This document shows positions 14,330-23,176 of a stretch of 64,000 nt of DNA, piece after piece. The translations under genes and the position numbers were made by a program. Source of the stretch: a virus. Where the stretch lies: IMG/VR virus record IMGVR_UViG_3300023184_003849, positions 32,001 through 96,000 of that record. One strand, written 5' to 3'. Numbering within the stretch: the stretch's first letter is position 1; the number at the start of each line of letters is the position of its first letter. The notes beneath the pieces are model-generated. The model did no database searches, had not been told where the DNA came from, and was given only the letters and a program-made list of their open reading frames with translations.

Positions 14330-14669
14330 AACAGCGTAAACTGTTATTGAGAAAAGGATTCTGGACGCGGGTGCGAATCCCGCCAGGTCCACCAAAAGAA
14401 TATTTATGATTGAAGCAATTGGATTTTTTGTTACATTGTTAGTTTTAATGTGGATAGCAACAATCTTGGGTGAAATATTTTTTTGATGGGCCTGATATAG
14501 ATTCGACAGGGTCAAGAGTAAAAGTAATGGCGCTCGGCAATGTAGAAGCCGTTAGGGTTGGGGATTCCCGGCCGAAGACACAAAAAACGTAAATGCAAAC
14601 GACGAACAGTTCGCTTTGGCAGCCTAAACACTGCCTAGGGTAGGAAATACCTCGTAACAGAAACCACCA
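14330..14669 (+). ncRNA. ssrA: Circularly permuted two-piece tmRNA; tag (A)ANDEQFALAA
   Basis: Acceptor piece ends CAGGTCCACCA (14394) before the coding piece begins GGGCCTG...GATTCGAC (14488); G3:U70; tag ORF 14595-14627; outer ends approximate. Confidence 0.93.
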
Positions 14670-14691
14670 AGCCCACTTCGGTGGGCTTTTT
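14669..14691 (+). terminator. Intrinsic terminator
   Basis: AAGCCCAC-TTCG-GTGGGCTT-TTT. Confidence 0.9.
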
Positions 14692-14708
14692 CTTGGCTAA
14701 ATATCGGC

Positions 14709-15293
14709 ATGATAGTTTATATTCACGGTGCCAGTGCCACCGCCGAAAGTTTCACACACATAAGAGAATACGTCAGAGAGCATACAGAACTGCCAGATAC
14801 TGCCTTGGAATACAAAAGCGATGATGGGTTTGATAACAATCTTGGTCGCATGATGGGTCAACTGGATGAGGCCGAACGGCTGTTCTTTGTAAGTCACAGC
14901 CTGGGTGGTATCTATGCCTTGTACTTGGCCAATCACTATCGTGACCGCACCCTGGGTGGTGTGAGCCTAAGCACACCCTATGGCGGAAGCAAACAGGCTG
15001 ACTTTGCCAGATACTTTTTGCCATTCAATCAACTCATGAAAGACGTGGGCACTATGAGTGAGCCCATGGCAGAATCTCGTAGACTGCCAGCACCACCTAA
15101 CTGGACCAATGTTGTGACCACTGTGGGCGACAGTCCTTGGATTGTTGAACCCAATGACGGGGTAGTGACCTTGGCCAGCATGAGATATCGCAAAGACTTT
15201 GAACTGGTAGAATTGCCACTCAATCACTATGAAGTTGTGCTGAGCAATCAAGTGGTGCGACTGATCTTGGACCGGATTCAGCAGGCCTTATGA
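14709..15293 (+). CDS. Alpha/beta hydrolase (lipase/esterase-like)
   Basis: IHG, SHSLGG nucleophile elbow, NDGVV, NH. Confidence 0.9.
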   Translation: MIVYIHGASATAESFTHIREYVREHTELPDTALEYKSDDGFDNNLGRMMGQLDEAERLFFVSHSLGGIYALYLANHYRDRTLGGVSLSTPYGGSKQADFARYFLPFNQLMKDVGTMSEPMAESRRLPAPPNWTNVVTTVGDSPWIVEPNDGVVTLASMRYRKDFELVELPLNHYEVVLSNQVVRLILDRIQQAL

Positions 15294-16012
15294 AACCAGT
15301 GTTAATCCTACAACACCAAACGCCCGAACGTCCGGCCTATCTTGTGACATGGTTGGCCCAGCACAATATCGAATATGAAACTCGCTGTGCAGGTGCTGGG
15401 CAAGAATTTCCCCAATCAATAGAACCTTATTCAGCCCTGGCTATCATGGGCGGTGGCATGAGTGCTAACGACCCGTTGTTATCAAATCGTCAAGCAGAAA
15501 TTTTAATACTACAAGCCATGCGCCAGGATCGTCCAGTTGTAGGGCATTGTTTGGGTGGGCAACTCATGAGTCGGGCCTTGGGCGGTACTATTGGTCCGTC
15601 ACCGCAACCTGAGATAGGATGGCAGCCCATTGAGTATACAGATGACCCTGCTGTTGAGGCATGGTTCGGTCCCACACCCACTGACACTGTGATCCAGTGG
15701 CACTATGAAACCTTTAGCATACCTGCGGGCGCCACACGTCTAGCAGGGTCAGCGGCCTGTCCAAACCAAGCCTGGGCCATGGGTCCACACCTGGCCATGC
15801 AGTTTCACATAGAAATGGATGCTGATAAAGCCCGTGAATGGGCCAACGACGAAGATCCCAAATGGGCCGCGGCCCGAGCACAATATGTTACTGTGCAGGA
15901 TCGAGATGCTATTTTGAGTGGGATTGAGCCACATTTGGCACAACATCAAGCCACTGCTGATCACATTTACCAAACTTGGTTAAAACCTACACTTTGGGCT
16001 AAAAACCTGTAA
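15290..16012 (+). CDS. Type 1 glutamine amidotransferase
   Basis: GHCLGGQL, EIGW, QWH, QFHIE. Confidence 0.92.
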   Translation: MKPVLILQHQTPERPAYLVTWLAQHNIEYETRCAGAGQEFPQSIEPYSALAIMGGGMSANDPLLSNRQAEILILQAMRQDRPVVGHCLGGQLMSRALGGTIGPSPQPEIGWQPIEYTDDPAVEAWFGPTPTDTVIQWHYETFSIPAGATRLAGSAACPNQAWAMGPHLAMQFHIEMDADKAREWANDEDPKWAAARAQYVTVQDRDAILSGIEPHLAQHQATADHIYQTWLKPTLWAKNL

Positions 16013-16060
16013 ACCGATCCTGAGTCGCAGGCGTTGTATATGTATGTCAAGGAGACATCA

Positions 16061-16222
16061 ATGACTTATGCCAAATGCCTAAACTGGGACAAACCAGGAA
16101 AAAATGAAATACCCCGATTCATGCCTGTCAATCTAGCACGATTTAGCCGTTGTCCAGATTGCGATATCAAGCGTAGTGCCGCATGCAAGGATCCTGTTTG
16201 CAGTCGAACCAAAAATCCTTAA
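16061..16222 (+). CDS. Small Cys-rich hypothetical protein
   Basis: AAGGAG SD; CPDC...C...C. Confidence 0.5.
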   Translation: MTYAKCLNWDKPGKNEIPRFMPVNLARFSRCPDCDIKRSAACKDPVCSRTKNP

Positions 16223-16309
16223 TACTTATTTGTTGGTGAGTTTATAACCAAAACACATTGCTTGTGCTTGACAACTGTGTTACAATTGTTGATAAACAAA
16301 GGAGAACCC

Positions 16310-16546
16310 ATGTCAAGACTCAGCAGTGAACTAGCAGTAGAACGAATTGGCAATCGTTACGATTTAATTTTGGTGGCCAGCCGACGTGCCCGAGAACTCA
16401 GCCGTGGCGATCGACCACGGGTAGATCCGGGCAAGAGCAACATCAGCACCGCCCTGTTGGAAATCGAAGCAGGTGCTGTGGATCGCAGTTATCTCTACAA
16501 GAAACAAGATCTATCAACTCAAAGTCACCATAGGAAATACGCATGA
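16310..16546 (+). CDS. rpoZ: RNA polymerase omega subunit homolog
   Basis: IGNRYDLILVASRRAREL...ALLEIEAG; AAGGAG SD. Confidence 0.92.
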   Translation: MSRLSSELAVERIGNRYDLILVASRRARELSRGDRPRVDPGKSNISTALLEIEAGAVDRSYLYKKQDLSTQSHHRKYA

Positions 16547-16707
16547 TCAAACCCGGACCAAGTTATCGAATGAGTCGTTCCAACAAAGTGCTTTTGGCTT
16601 CTTACATTGATCGCCACAAGCGTGGCGAGATCAAACGCACCGTGATTCAAGCCGACTTGTATGGTCGTACGCATGTGCCACGCAATCGAGACAATAATCA
16701 AAAGTAA
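16543..16707 (+). CDS. Small basic hypothetical protein, 54 aa
   Basis: Translated by hand; AGGA SD; ATGA coupling. Confidence 0.6.
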   Translation: MIKPGPSYRMSRSNKVLLASYIDRHKRGEIKRTVIQADLYGRTHVPRNRDNNQK

Positions 16708-16747
16708 TACTTTAGTATTATCTAAAAAAGTTGTATCCTGATACTAC

Positions 16748-16778
16748 AAAAGCCCTACTTGTGCTAGGGCTTTTCTTT
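16748..16778 (+). terminator. Intrinsic terminator
   Basis: AAAAGCCCTA-loop-TAGGGCTTTT-CTTTT. Confidence 0.75.
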
Positions 16779-16781
16779 TGG

Positions 16782-16810
16782 TTGACCAAATATTACCATT
16801 TTGCTATAAT
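16782..16810 (+). promoter_or_regulatory. sigma70 promoter
   Basis: TTGACC-17-TATAAT with extended -10 TG; palindrome TAATACTTTAGTATTA at 16705-16720. Confidence 0.8.
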
Positions 16811-16841
16811 ACTTGTATAGAAACTAAAAAGGAGTTCCAAA

Positions 16842-17306
16842 ATGGGTACACGCAGTCGGATTGGTGTCATGCATGGTGACGTGGTAAAAAGTGTTTACTG
16901 TCACTGGGATGGCTATCTTGAGCACAACGGTGCCATACTGCAGGAACATTATGATTCCAGCCGAGCCAACAACCTTGTGGCCCTAGGTGACTTGAGTAGC
17001 CTGCGTCCTGCAATTGGCGTTGAGCATCCTTTCTCTAGCATTGGTATCATGGAGCATGAAGACTATGAAAAAGCCTACGGCGATATGTGTACCTTCTACG
17101 GACGCGATCGCGGCGAAACCGGCACTGAGTGGAAAGTGGCCCACTCGTTTGCCCAGTTTTATGAACAATGCGACAACTGTGGTGCCGAGTACTACTATAT
17201 CATGCGGGATGGCGTTTGGTACTGTGGCGATACTTACACGTCTAGCCCATTAAGTAAGAAGTTAACACCACTTGCAGAGGCTTTGCAGGCTGTAGAAACT
17301 GTTTGA
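16842..17306 (+). CDS. Conserved phage early protein (MGTRS..YCHWDGY)
   Basis: ORF track; AAGGAG SD. Confidence 0.8.
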   Translation: MGTRSRIGVMHGDVVKSVYCHWDGYLEHNGAILQEHYDSSRANNLVALGDLSSLRPAIGVEHPFSSIGIMEHEDYEKAYGDMCTFYGRDRGETGTEWKVAHSFAQFYEQCDNCGAEYYYIMRDGVWYCGDTYTSSPLSKKLTPLAEALQAVETV

Positions 17307-17331
17307 CACAAAATTGCATTTCGTATACAAT
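17303..17331 (+). promoter_or_regulatory. sigma70 promoter
   Basis: TTGACA-17-TACAAT. Confidence 0.75.
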
Positions 17332-17361
17332 TGACTTATCTTAACCAGCAAAGGAAACACA

Positions 17362-18444
17362 ATGTCAGATTCACGTACCGTCACCGCTGTCCAGGCTCGC
17401 AAAAGTTTGCTCCGTGCATTCCGAGTTCAACGCCCGTTGTTCTTGTGGGGTCCTCCCGGCATTGGCAAGAGTGAATTAGTAGAAGGCATTACCCGGGAAC
17501 TTGGCGGTCTCATGATTGACCTGCGTTTGGGTCAGATGGAGCCTACAGACATACGTGGTATTCCTTTCTACAACAAAGACATTGGCAAGATGGACTGGGC
17601 AGAGCCTGTGGAACTGCCCGACGAGACCATTGCCAGCAAGTATCCTATTGTTGTGTTGTTCTTGGACGAACTCAACTCAGCCGCACCAAGTGTTCAGAGT
17701 GCCGCTTATCAACTAATTTTGAATCGACGAATTGGCAAGTATCGACTGCCCGACAATGTTGTGATGGTGGCCGCAGGTAATCGTGAGTCAGACAAAGGTG
17801 TTACTTACCGTATGCCAACTCCGCTGGCAAACCGCTTTATCCACCAAGAGATGAAAGTGGACTTTCCTTCCTGGCAAGAGTGGGCTGTGAACAACAACAT
17901 TCACAAGGACGTGGTTGGTTACTTGAGTTTTGCCAAGCAGGACTTGTACGACTTTGACGCCAAGAGTGCCAGTCGTGCATTTGCCACACCACGCTCGTGG
18001 ACCTTTGTGAGTCAATTGTTGGATGACGAAGATGACACAGACACCATTACCAACTTGATTGCAGGTACCGTGGGCGAAGGTCTTGCTGTGAAGTTTATGG
18101 CTCACCGCAAGGTAGCAAGCAAGATGCCCAACCCAACTGACATCTTGAGTGGCAAGGTCAAGGACTTGAATGTTAAAGAAGTAAGTGCCATGTATTCATT
18201 GGTTATCTCCATGTGCTATGAACTCAAAGGTGCAGTGGAGGCCAAGATAGATGATAAAAAGTTTCACGAAATGAGTGACAACTTCTTTGGCTACATGATG
18301 AAGAACTTTGAGACAGAGTTGGTTGTGATGGGTGCCAGAATTGCACTTACTACATACAACTTGCCGTTCCAACCCAGTAAGTTGAAGAACTTTGACGAGT
18401 TCCATCAACGTTACGGCAAGTATATTTTGCAGGCATCAGCCTAA
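17362..18444 (+). CDS. MoxR-like AAA+ ATPase
   Basis: GPPGIGKS Walker A, LFLDE Walker B, AAGN, LANRF. Confidence 0.93.
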   Translation: MSDSRTVTAVQARKSLLRAFRVQRPLFLWGPPGIGKSELVEGITRELGGLMIDLRLGQMEPTDIRGIPFYNKDIGKMDWAEPVELPDETIASKYPIVVLFLDELNSAAPSVQSAAYQLILNRRIGKYRLPDNVVMVAAGNRESDKGVTYRMPTPLANRFIHQEMKVDFPSWQEWAVNNNIHKDVVGYLSFAKQDLYDFDAKSASRAFATPRSWTFVSQLLDDEDDTDTITNLIAGTVGEGLAVKFMAHRKVASKMPNPTDILSGKVKDLNVKEVSAMYSLVISMCYELKGAVEAKIDDKKFHEMSDNFFGYMMKNFETELVVMGARIALTTYNLPFQPSKLKNFDEFHQRYGKYILQASA

Positions 18445-18449
18445 CCTGG

Positions 18450-18473
18450 ATAGGGCCTCCGGGCCCTATTTTT
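18450..18473 (+). terminator. Intrinsic terminator
   Basis: ATAGGGCC-TCCG-GGCCCTAT-TTTT. Confidence 0.8.
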
Positions 18474-18478
18474 GATTT

Positions 18479-18796
18479 ATGGATAGTGTAAAAGTCAAAG
18501 TCACCAAACTGGATGGTAGACACAGTCATACTGGTTTGTTCAGTCACATGTTGCAATTTAGACATTTGGTAGGATACCAACCTTATCAGCAAGCCCTGCA
18601 CTATTGCAACACTCAATGGGGACCTAGTGTAGATGTTGAAACCTACAGCAAAATATATTGGGATGCCATCAAAAGAAACTATCAATTCAACTTCAATCCT
18701 ACCTGGAGTTATCTTGCACGGTATGGTGATCATCGTATCTACCTAACAGAAGATGCCACTGCCTGGATCCAACTTGCAGAACCTTGGAACACATGA
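18479..18796 (+). CDS. Hypothetical protein
   Basis: ORF track. Confidence 0.65.
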   Translation: MDSVKVKVTKLDGRHSHTGLFSHMLQFRHLVGYQPYQQALHYCNTQWGPSVDVETYSKIYWDAIKRNYQFNFNPTWSYLARYGDHRIYLTEDATAWIQLAEPWNT

Positions 18797-19080
18797 GTGC
18801 CAAAATTGTGGTCAAAAAGAATCTCATCATCTTTCGCGACCCAGAGAAGGACTGGATGCCAATTCGCCGACGACTGGTTGCAGAATACGGTCAGAGCATT
18901 GTGCTCACGTATGCCATGCGAGAGCGACTGGGCTTTAGTACAAGGTACCACACAGCCTGGTTAACCAGTGGCACGGGTGACAACGAACTGGAATGGAAGT
19001 ATCCTGAGGAACAGATACACTTGGATTTTTACAACGAAGCCGCCCAAAGTTGGTTCCAACTCCGGTACTTAAATGTGTAA
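18793..19080 (+). CDS. Hypothetical protein (IHLDFYNEAAQSWF.L.Y)
   Basis: ORF track; ATGA coupling. Confidence 0.7.
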   Translation: MSAKIVVKKNLIIFRDPEKDWMPIRRRLVAEYGQSIVLTYAMRERLGFSTRYHTAWLTSGTGDNELEWKYPEEQIHLDFYNEAAQSWFQLRYLNV

Positions 19081-19132
19081 TACTTGAGTAATACTTTTTA
19101 AATTTGACTGAATATTCATGAAATGTTATAAT
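19078..19132 (+). promoter_or_regulatory. sigma70 promoter with upstream TAATACT..AGTAATA motif
   Basis: TTGACT(19104)-17-TATAAT(19127). Confidence 0.75.
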
Positions 19133-19158
19133 ACATACATAAACAACAGAGGACACAA

Positions 19159-20430
19159 ATGACCACAACCACTGCCACAAAAGAAGACGCTAAAAAATTC
19201 GCCAATCTTATTGGTCCAACCGACGCCCGACTAGACCGAGAAGTGCGTGAGATTTTGATCACTGCTCGTGTGGGTTTGTTGTTAAAGGCTTCATTCTTTG
19301 GCAACCTTGCTACTCGTTTGAAACTGGTCAATGCCGACGAGTGGTGTGCCACTGCCGCAACAGACGGTCGCAATTTCTACTACAATTGCCGCTTTATCAA
19401 AATGCTCAAGCCCAAAGAAGTTGAATTCTTGTTTGGTCATGAAGTGTTGCATTGTGTATATGATCACTTTGGGCGGCGTGGAGATCGCAATCCACAGTTG
19501 TGGAATATTGCTGATGACTTCTGTGTCAACGCAGACTTGAAGAAGCATCACGTGGGTGAGTTTATTACTTCAGTACCATGTTTATATGATCACAAGTATG
19601 ATGGCATGAGTGCTGAAGAAGTGTATGATATCTTGTACGAAAAAGCAGACAAGATTGACATCAATGACTTGTTGAATCGAATGATCGACGACCATTTGGA
19701 TGGTGACGACGAGCAAGATGGCAGTGGTGGCGATGGTGATGAGCAAGGTAAAGGTCGTCCCCGACTCACTAAAGAAGAGCGTCAGCAGATCAAGGACGAG
19801 ATCAAAGAAGCCATGTTGGCGGCTGCCAGTGCCAGCGATGCAGGCAATATTCCAGCAGGTGTAAAACGCCTAATACAAGAGTTGACTGAGCCCAAGATGA
19901 ACTGGCGTGAACTGTTGCGTATGCAATTGGAGTCAACTATCAAGAGTGACTTTACTTGGATGCGAGCCAGCCGCAAAGGTTGGCACATGGATGCTGTGAT
20001 GCCTGGCATGAAGGTGGACCCAATGATTGATATTGCTATTGCTATTGACGCATCAGGGTCAATTGGTGAGGCTATGCTCAAAGACTTCCTAGGCGAAGTA
20101 CAAGGTATCATGGATTCGTTCCCAGCATACCGAATTCACATCATCACGTTTGATACTGATGCATATAATCCTGCACAATACGACTCAGACAACCTGGACG
20201 ACATCTGTGACTACGAAGTTGCAGGTGGTGGTGGCACCGACTTCGATTGTATCTTTAAGTATTTGAAAGACAACGAGATCGAACCCAAGCGTTTGGTTGT
20301 GTTCACAGACGGCTACCCGTTTGGTTCATGGGGTGACGAGAACTATGCAGACACTGTTTGGATCTTGCACGGAACCACCAGCATTGTGCCACCTTGGGGT
20401 CAATATGCCTACTACGACGAGGCTGAGTAA
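19159..20430 (+). CDS. Metallopeptidase-like plus VWA domain protein (DUF2201-type MoxR partner)
   Basis: TAATDG, HEVLH, DASGS MIDAS, GGGGTDF, FTDG. Confidence 0.92.
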   Translation: MTTTTATKEDAKKFANLIGPTDARLDREVREILITARVGLLLKASFFGNLATRLKLVNADEWCATAATDGRNFYYNCRFIKMLKPKEVEFLFGHEVLHCVYDHFGRRGDRNPQLWNIADDFCVNADLKKHHVGEFITSVPCLYDHKYDGMSAEEVYDILYEKADKIDINDLLNRMIDDHLDGDDEQDGSGGDGDEQGKGRPRLTKEERQQIKDEIKEAMLAAASASDAGNIPAGVKRLIQELTEPKMNWRELLRMQLESTIKSDFTWMRASRKGWHMDAVMPGMKVDPMIDIAIAIDASGSIGEAMLKDFLGEVQGIMDSFPAYRIHIITFDTDAYNPAQYDSDNLDDICDYEVAGGGGTDFDCIFKYLKDNEIEPKRLVVFTDGYPFGSWGDENYADTVWILHGTTSIVPPWGQYAYYDEAE

Positions 20431-20618
20431 TGCTTGCACTAACTGCCTTGATGGTTGCATTGTTGGGTTACCAGGTCACCATGCCTGCTGTGGACAATGC
20501 CAAGTACTCCATGACAGTATATAACGGTCAGGTTATTAGAATGAATACCCAAAATGGTCAATTTGAACGATGTGATGAAAAATTTGTATGTAAGACTGTA
20601 GATGAATCCAAAAATTGA
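20430..20618 (+). CDS. Small exported or membrane hypothetical protein
   Basis: ORF track; signal-like N-terminus. Confidence 0.6.
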   Translation: MLALTALMVALLGYQVTMPAVDNAKYSMTVYNGQVIRMNTQNGQFERCDEKFVCKTVDESKN

Positions 20619-20823
20619 ACAACTTGCACGTGAGTGTGGTGCCTGGAATCAGGTGTATGGCAACAGGACATTCATGATCGACGAGCATTTTGACATTGAG
20701 AAGTTTGCAGGCTTGATTATCAATGAATGTACCGAGGTCACTGCTGACTGGTATAAAAATCATAACCAATATCATATGCCCCCTGATGAACACATTAAGG
20801 CGCATTTTGGACTCTTAGATTAG
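20602..20823 (+). CDS. Hypothetical phage protein (EKFAGLIINEC family)
   Basis: Paralog of 3-188. Confidence 0.7.
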   Translation: MNPKIEQLARECGAWNQVYGNRTFMIDEHFDIEKFAGLIINECTEVTADWYKNHNQYHMPPDEHIKAHFGLLD

Positions 20824-20840
20824 GAGTGCCAATTTTGCCA

Positions 20841-20874
20841 AAATCCCCAAGAAAATACAACCTTGGGGATTTTC
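20841..20874 (+). terminator. Intrinsic terminator-like hairpin
   Basis: AAATCCCCAAG-loop-CTTGGGGATTT-T. Confidence 0.7.
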
Positions 20875-20890
20875 TGTTGTAAATATCTAC

Positions 20891-21133
20891 ATGAACGACA
20901 CAACTGAATCGACACAATTCACTATTGCTGATCTTGCTGGAATACGCAACATCATCGACCTGGCTTGCCAGCGTGGCGCTTTTCGTGGGGAAGAGATGAA
21001 GGATGTGGGGCTGATATTTGAACGCCTTACCAACTTTATTATCAGTGCCCAGGAAGCCGCCGAAGCACAAGCCCAGGCTCCGGACGCTGAACAAGAGCCT
21101 ACTGAGCCAGCCACATCAACTCAAGGAGAATAG
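20891..21133 (+). CDS. Hypothetical protein
   Basis: ORF track; TAAATA box just before ATG. Confidence 0.75.
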   Translation: MNDTTESTQFTIADLAGIRNIIDLACQRGAFRGEEMKDVGLIFERLTNFIISAQEAAEAQAQAPDAEQEPTEPATSTQGE

Positions 21134-21134
21134 C

Positions 21135-21872
21135 ATGGCATTTTTAAAACACATAGGCAAACATGGCGATCGCAAGATTGTTGTTGTTTTTAGACAGATT
21201 CCAGGTGACGAGCACATGTGCTTGTGCATCTATCCAGACTTGTTGGCCACACACTGGCACGATACCATTATGAAGGTATTAGAAAGCCCTGTGGGTCAAG
21301 CCGCAGAAGAATTTGCTGACGCACTCAATCGTAACTTGTTACCTGATGGTCGCAACATCCTGGGCGCATTACATGCTGAACGCATGATGAAGCGTGTGAA
21401 TACTGAACAAGTGTTGATGACACCTACTATCAACAGCAATGTCAAACTCAGTGAACTCAACAAGATCCTTAATGAAATGAAAAAGGGCGAGGACGCTGTG
21501 CGCAAGATGGCCGAGATTGACGGAGCAAGAGGCTTGGTTGATCCCAAACAGAAACGTGCCGCTGAAGCACAATACAAAGCCGAACAAACGGCACCCAAGG
21601 CACAGTCAGGTTATACTGCCGCGCCAACAGATGGTGCATTAGATGACAAGAGTCTGGCAGCCAACATGCTGACGCAGGCTGTTCGCATGCACAACGAAGC
21701 CACCAGCATGATCAACGAAGCCGCACGTATGCGCAAAGAAGCAGAGAAAATGTTTCCTGGTGTGAAGATGATGGACCTACCCAAGATGGCACCAATCCCC
21801 ACAGTAGAAACAGAAACACCTGCGCCTCGAAAGCGTGGACGTAAACCTGCTGTGGCTCATGCAACTCAGTGA
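21135..21872 (+). CDS. Conserved phage hypothetical protein (MAFLKHIG)
   Basis: AAGGAG SD before ATG 21135. Confidence 0.8.
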   Translation: MAFLKHIGKHGDRKIVVVFRQIPGDEHMCLCIYPDLLATHWHDTIMKVLESPVGQAAEEFADALNRNLLPDGRNILGALHAERMMKRVNTEQVLMTPTINSNVKLSELNKILNEMKKGEDAVRKMAEIDGARGLVDPKQKRAAEAQYKAEQTAPKAQSGYTAAPTDGALDDKSLAANMLTQAVRMHNEATSMINEAARMRKEAEKMFPGVKMMDLPKMAPIPTVETETPAPRKRGRKPAVAHATQ

Positions 21873-22161
21873 TGAATTTCTTGAACAGTGGGATCATATA
21901 ATTTCCGGTGTAGACAAAACCGAAGTTCCGTTAGAGTGCATCAACAAAATTGTTATTCGCTTGCAAGGTGGTCGTCAGAAGACTATCAACCTTGCTCGAC
22001 TCAAACGTGATGGTTTTGATCTTGAAGAAATTGAATCGTATCTCACTAGAAATCTGCTTGAACTCGGAGACCTAGTGCGTGACATAGACTTTTTAGTAGA
22101 TGTAAACGCTGTGGCTCAACTGGTACAACCCGAAACCGATAAACTCTTAAAAGATCTATGA
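21859..22161 (+). CDS. Hypothetical protein
   Basis: ORF track; start moved to ATG. Confidence 0.75.
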   Translation: MQLSDEFLEQWDHIISGVDKTEVPLECINKIVIRLQGGRQKTINLARLKRDGFDLEEIESYLTRNLLELGDLVRDIDFLVDVNAVAQLVQPETDKLLKDL

Positions 22162-22829
22162 ATGTCAAACTTGTATCCTATTCACAACCAACAGAAGAAT
22201 TTAGAAACCAGGGCATTGACGATGCTCAAGAACTTATCGCTTTCTGCGCACGAGTATCCAATCCCTCCAACCAGTTCAACAATGACACAAGTGAAAAACT
22301 CATCCGATACCTTGTCAGACATCAACACTGGAGTCCACTTGAAATGGTCAGTGCTTGCATGGAAATTACGACAACACGAGATATTGCACGGCAAATCCTC
22401 AGACACCGAAGTTTCAGTTTCCAAGAATTCAGTCAACGATATGCTGACCCGACAAAAGATCTTGAGTTTGTTACCCGCAGTGGAAGACTTCAAGACCCAA
22501 AGAATCGACAAAACAGCATAGAGCATGACGACCACTTGTTGGAGAACGAGTGGTATCGTGCGCAACAACGAGTGATCTATGCGGCCCGGCGTGAATACGA
22601 ATGGGCTATCAAGAACGGTATTGCCAAGGAACAGGCCCGTACCGTGTTACCAGAAGGCTTGATACAAAGCCGGCTATACATGAATGGTACCTTGCGATCA
22701 TGGATTCACTTTATTGAGTTGAGGAGTGCCAACGGCACACAATTAGAGCACCAACAAGTGGCTGTAGCCTGTGCTCAAGCCATTGCCGCAATCTTTCCAA
22801 TGGCCACCGATCTAGTTGCAAAAACTTGA
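22158..22829 (+). CDS. thyX: Flavin-dependent thymidylate synthase
   Basis: HWSPLE, RHRSFSFQEFSQRY signature, KEQARTVLP. Confidence 0.97.
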   Translation: MNVKLVSYSQPTEEFRNQGIDDAQELIAFCARVSNPSNQFNNDTSEKLIRYLVRHQHWSPLEMVSACMEITTTRDIARQILRHRSFSFQEFSQRYADPTKDLEFVTRSGRLQDPKNRQNSIEHDDHLLENEWYRAQQRVIYAARREYEWAIKNGIAKEQARTVLPEGLIQSRLYMNGTLRSWIHFIELRSANGTQLEHQQVAVACAQAIAAIFPMATDLVAKT

Positions 22830-22849
22830 TTGATCTGCTATACTAAGGT

Positions 22850-23176
22850 ATGGCCAACTACCAGCCCCAACATTCTGATCTTTCTCAATCCCGCGAAGTC
22901 AAAATAATTGACGGCGTACCAATTGCGTTTAGCGACGTGGTTGTGCATCACTTTCCCATGGGCGATGTAGAAGATCCAGACTTGTATGCGGCCGACCCTT
23001 TGTACAAATGGCAACAAAGCGAAGCCGGTACCTGGGTCATGGCTCATGCTGTGGAACCACCGTTTTGGGTTAGACAACCGGATATCGAGTCATACGGATA
23101 TCGCTACTATATTGTGGCCAGGTTGAAAGAGCAAGATCAAACTTATTTTAAACTAAAGTGGGGAAGCATCAAATGA
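22850..23176 (+). CDS. Conserved phage hypothetical protein (GDVEDPDLYAA)
   Basis: ORF track; TTGCAA-17-TATACT just upstream. Confidence 0.75.
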   Translation: MANYQPQHSDLSQSREVKIIDGVPIAFSDVVVHHFPMGDVEDPDLYAADPLYKWQQSEAGTWVMAHAVEPPFWVRQPDIESYGYRYYIVARLKEQDQTYFKLKWGSIK

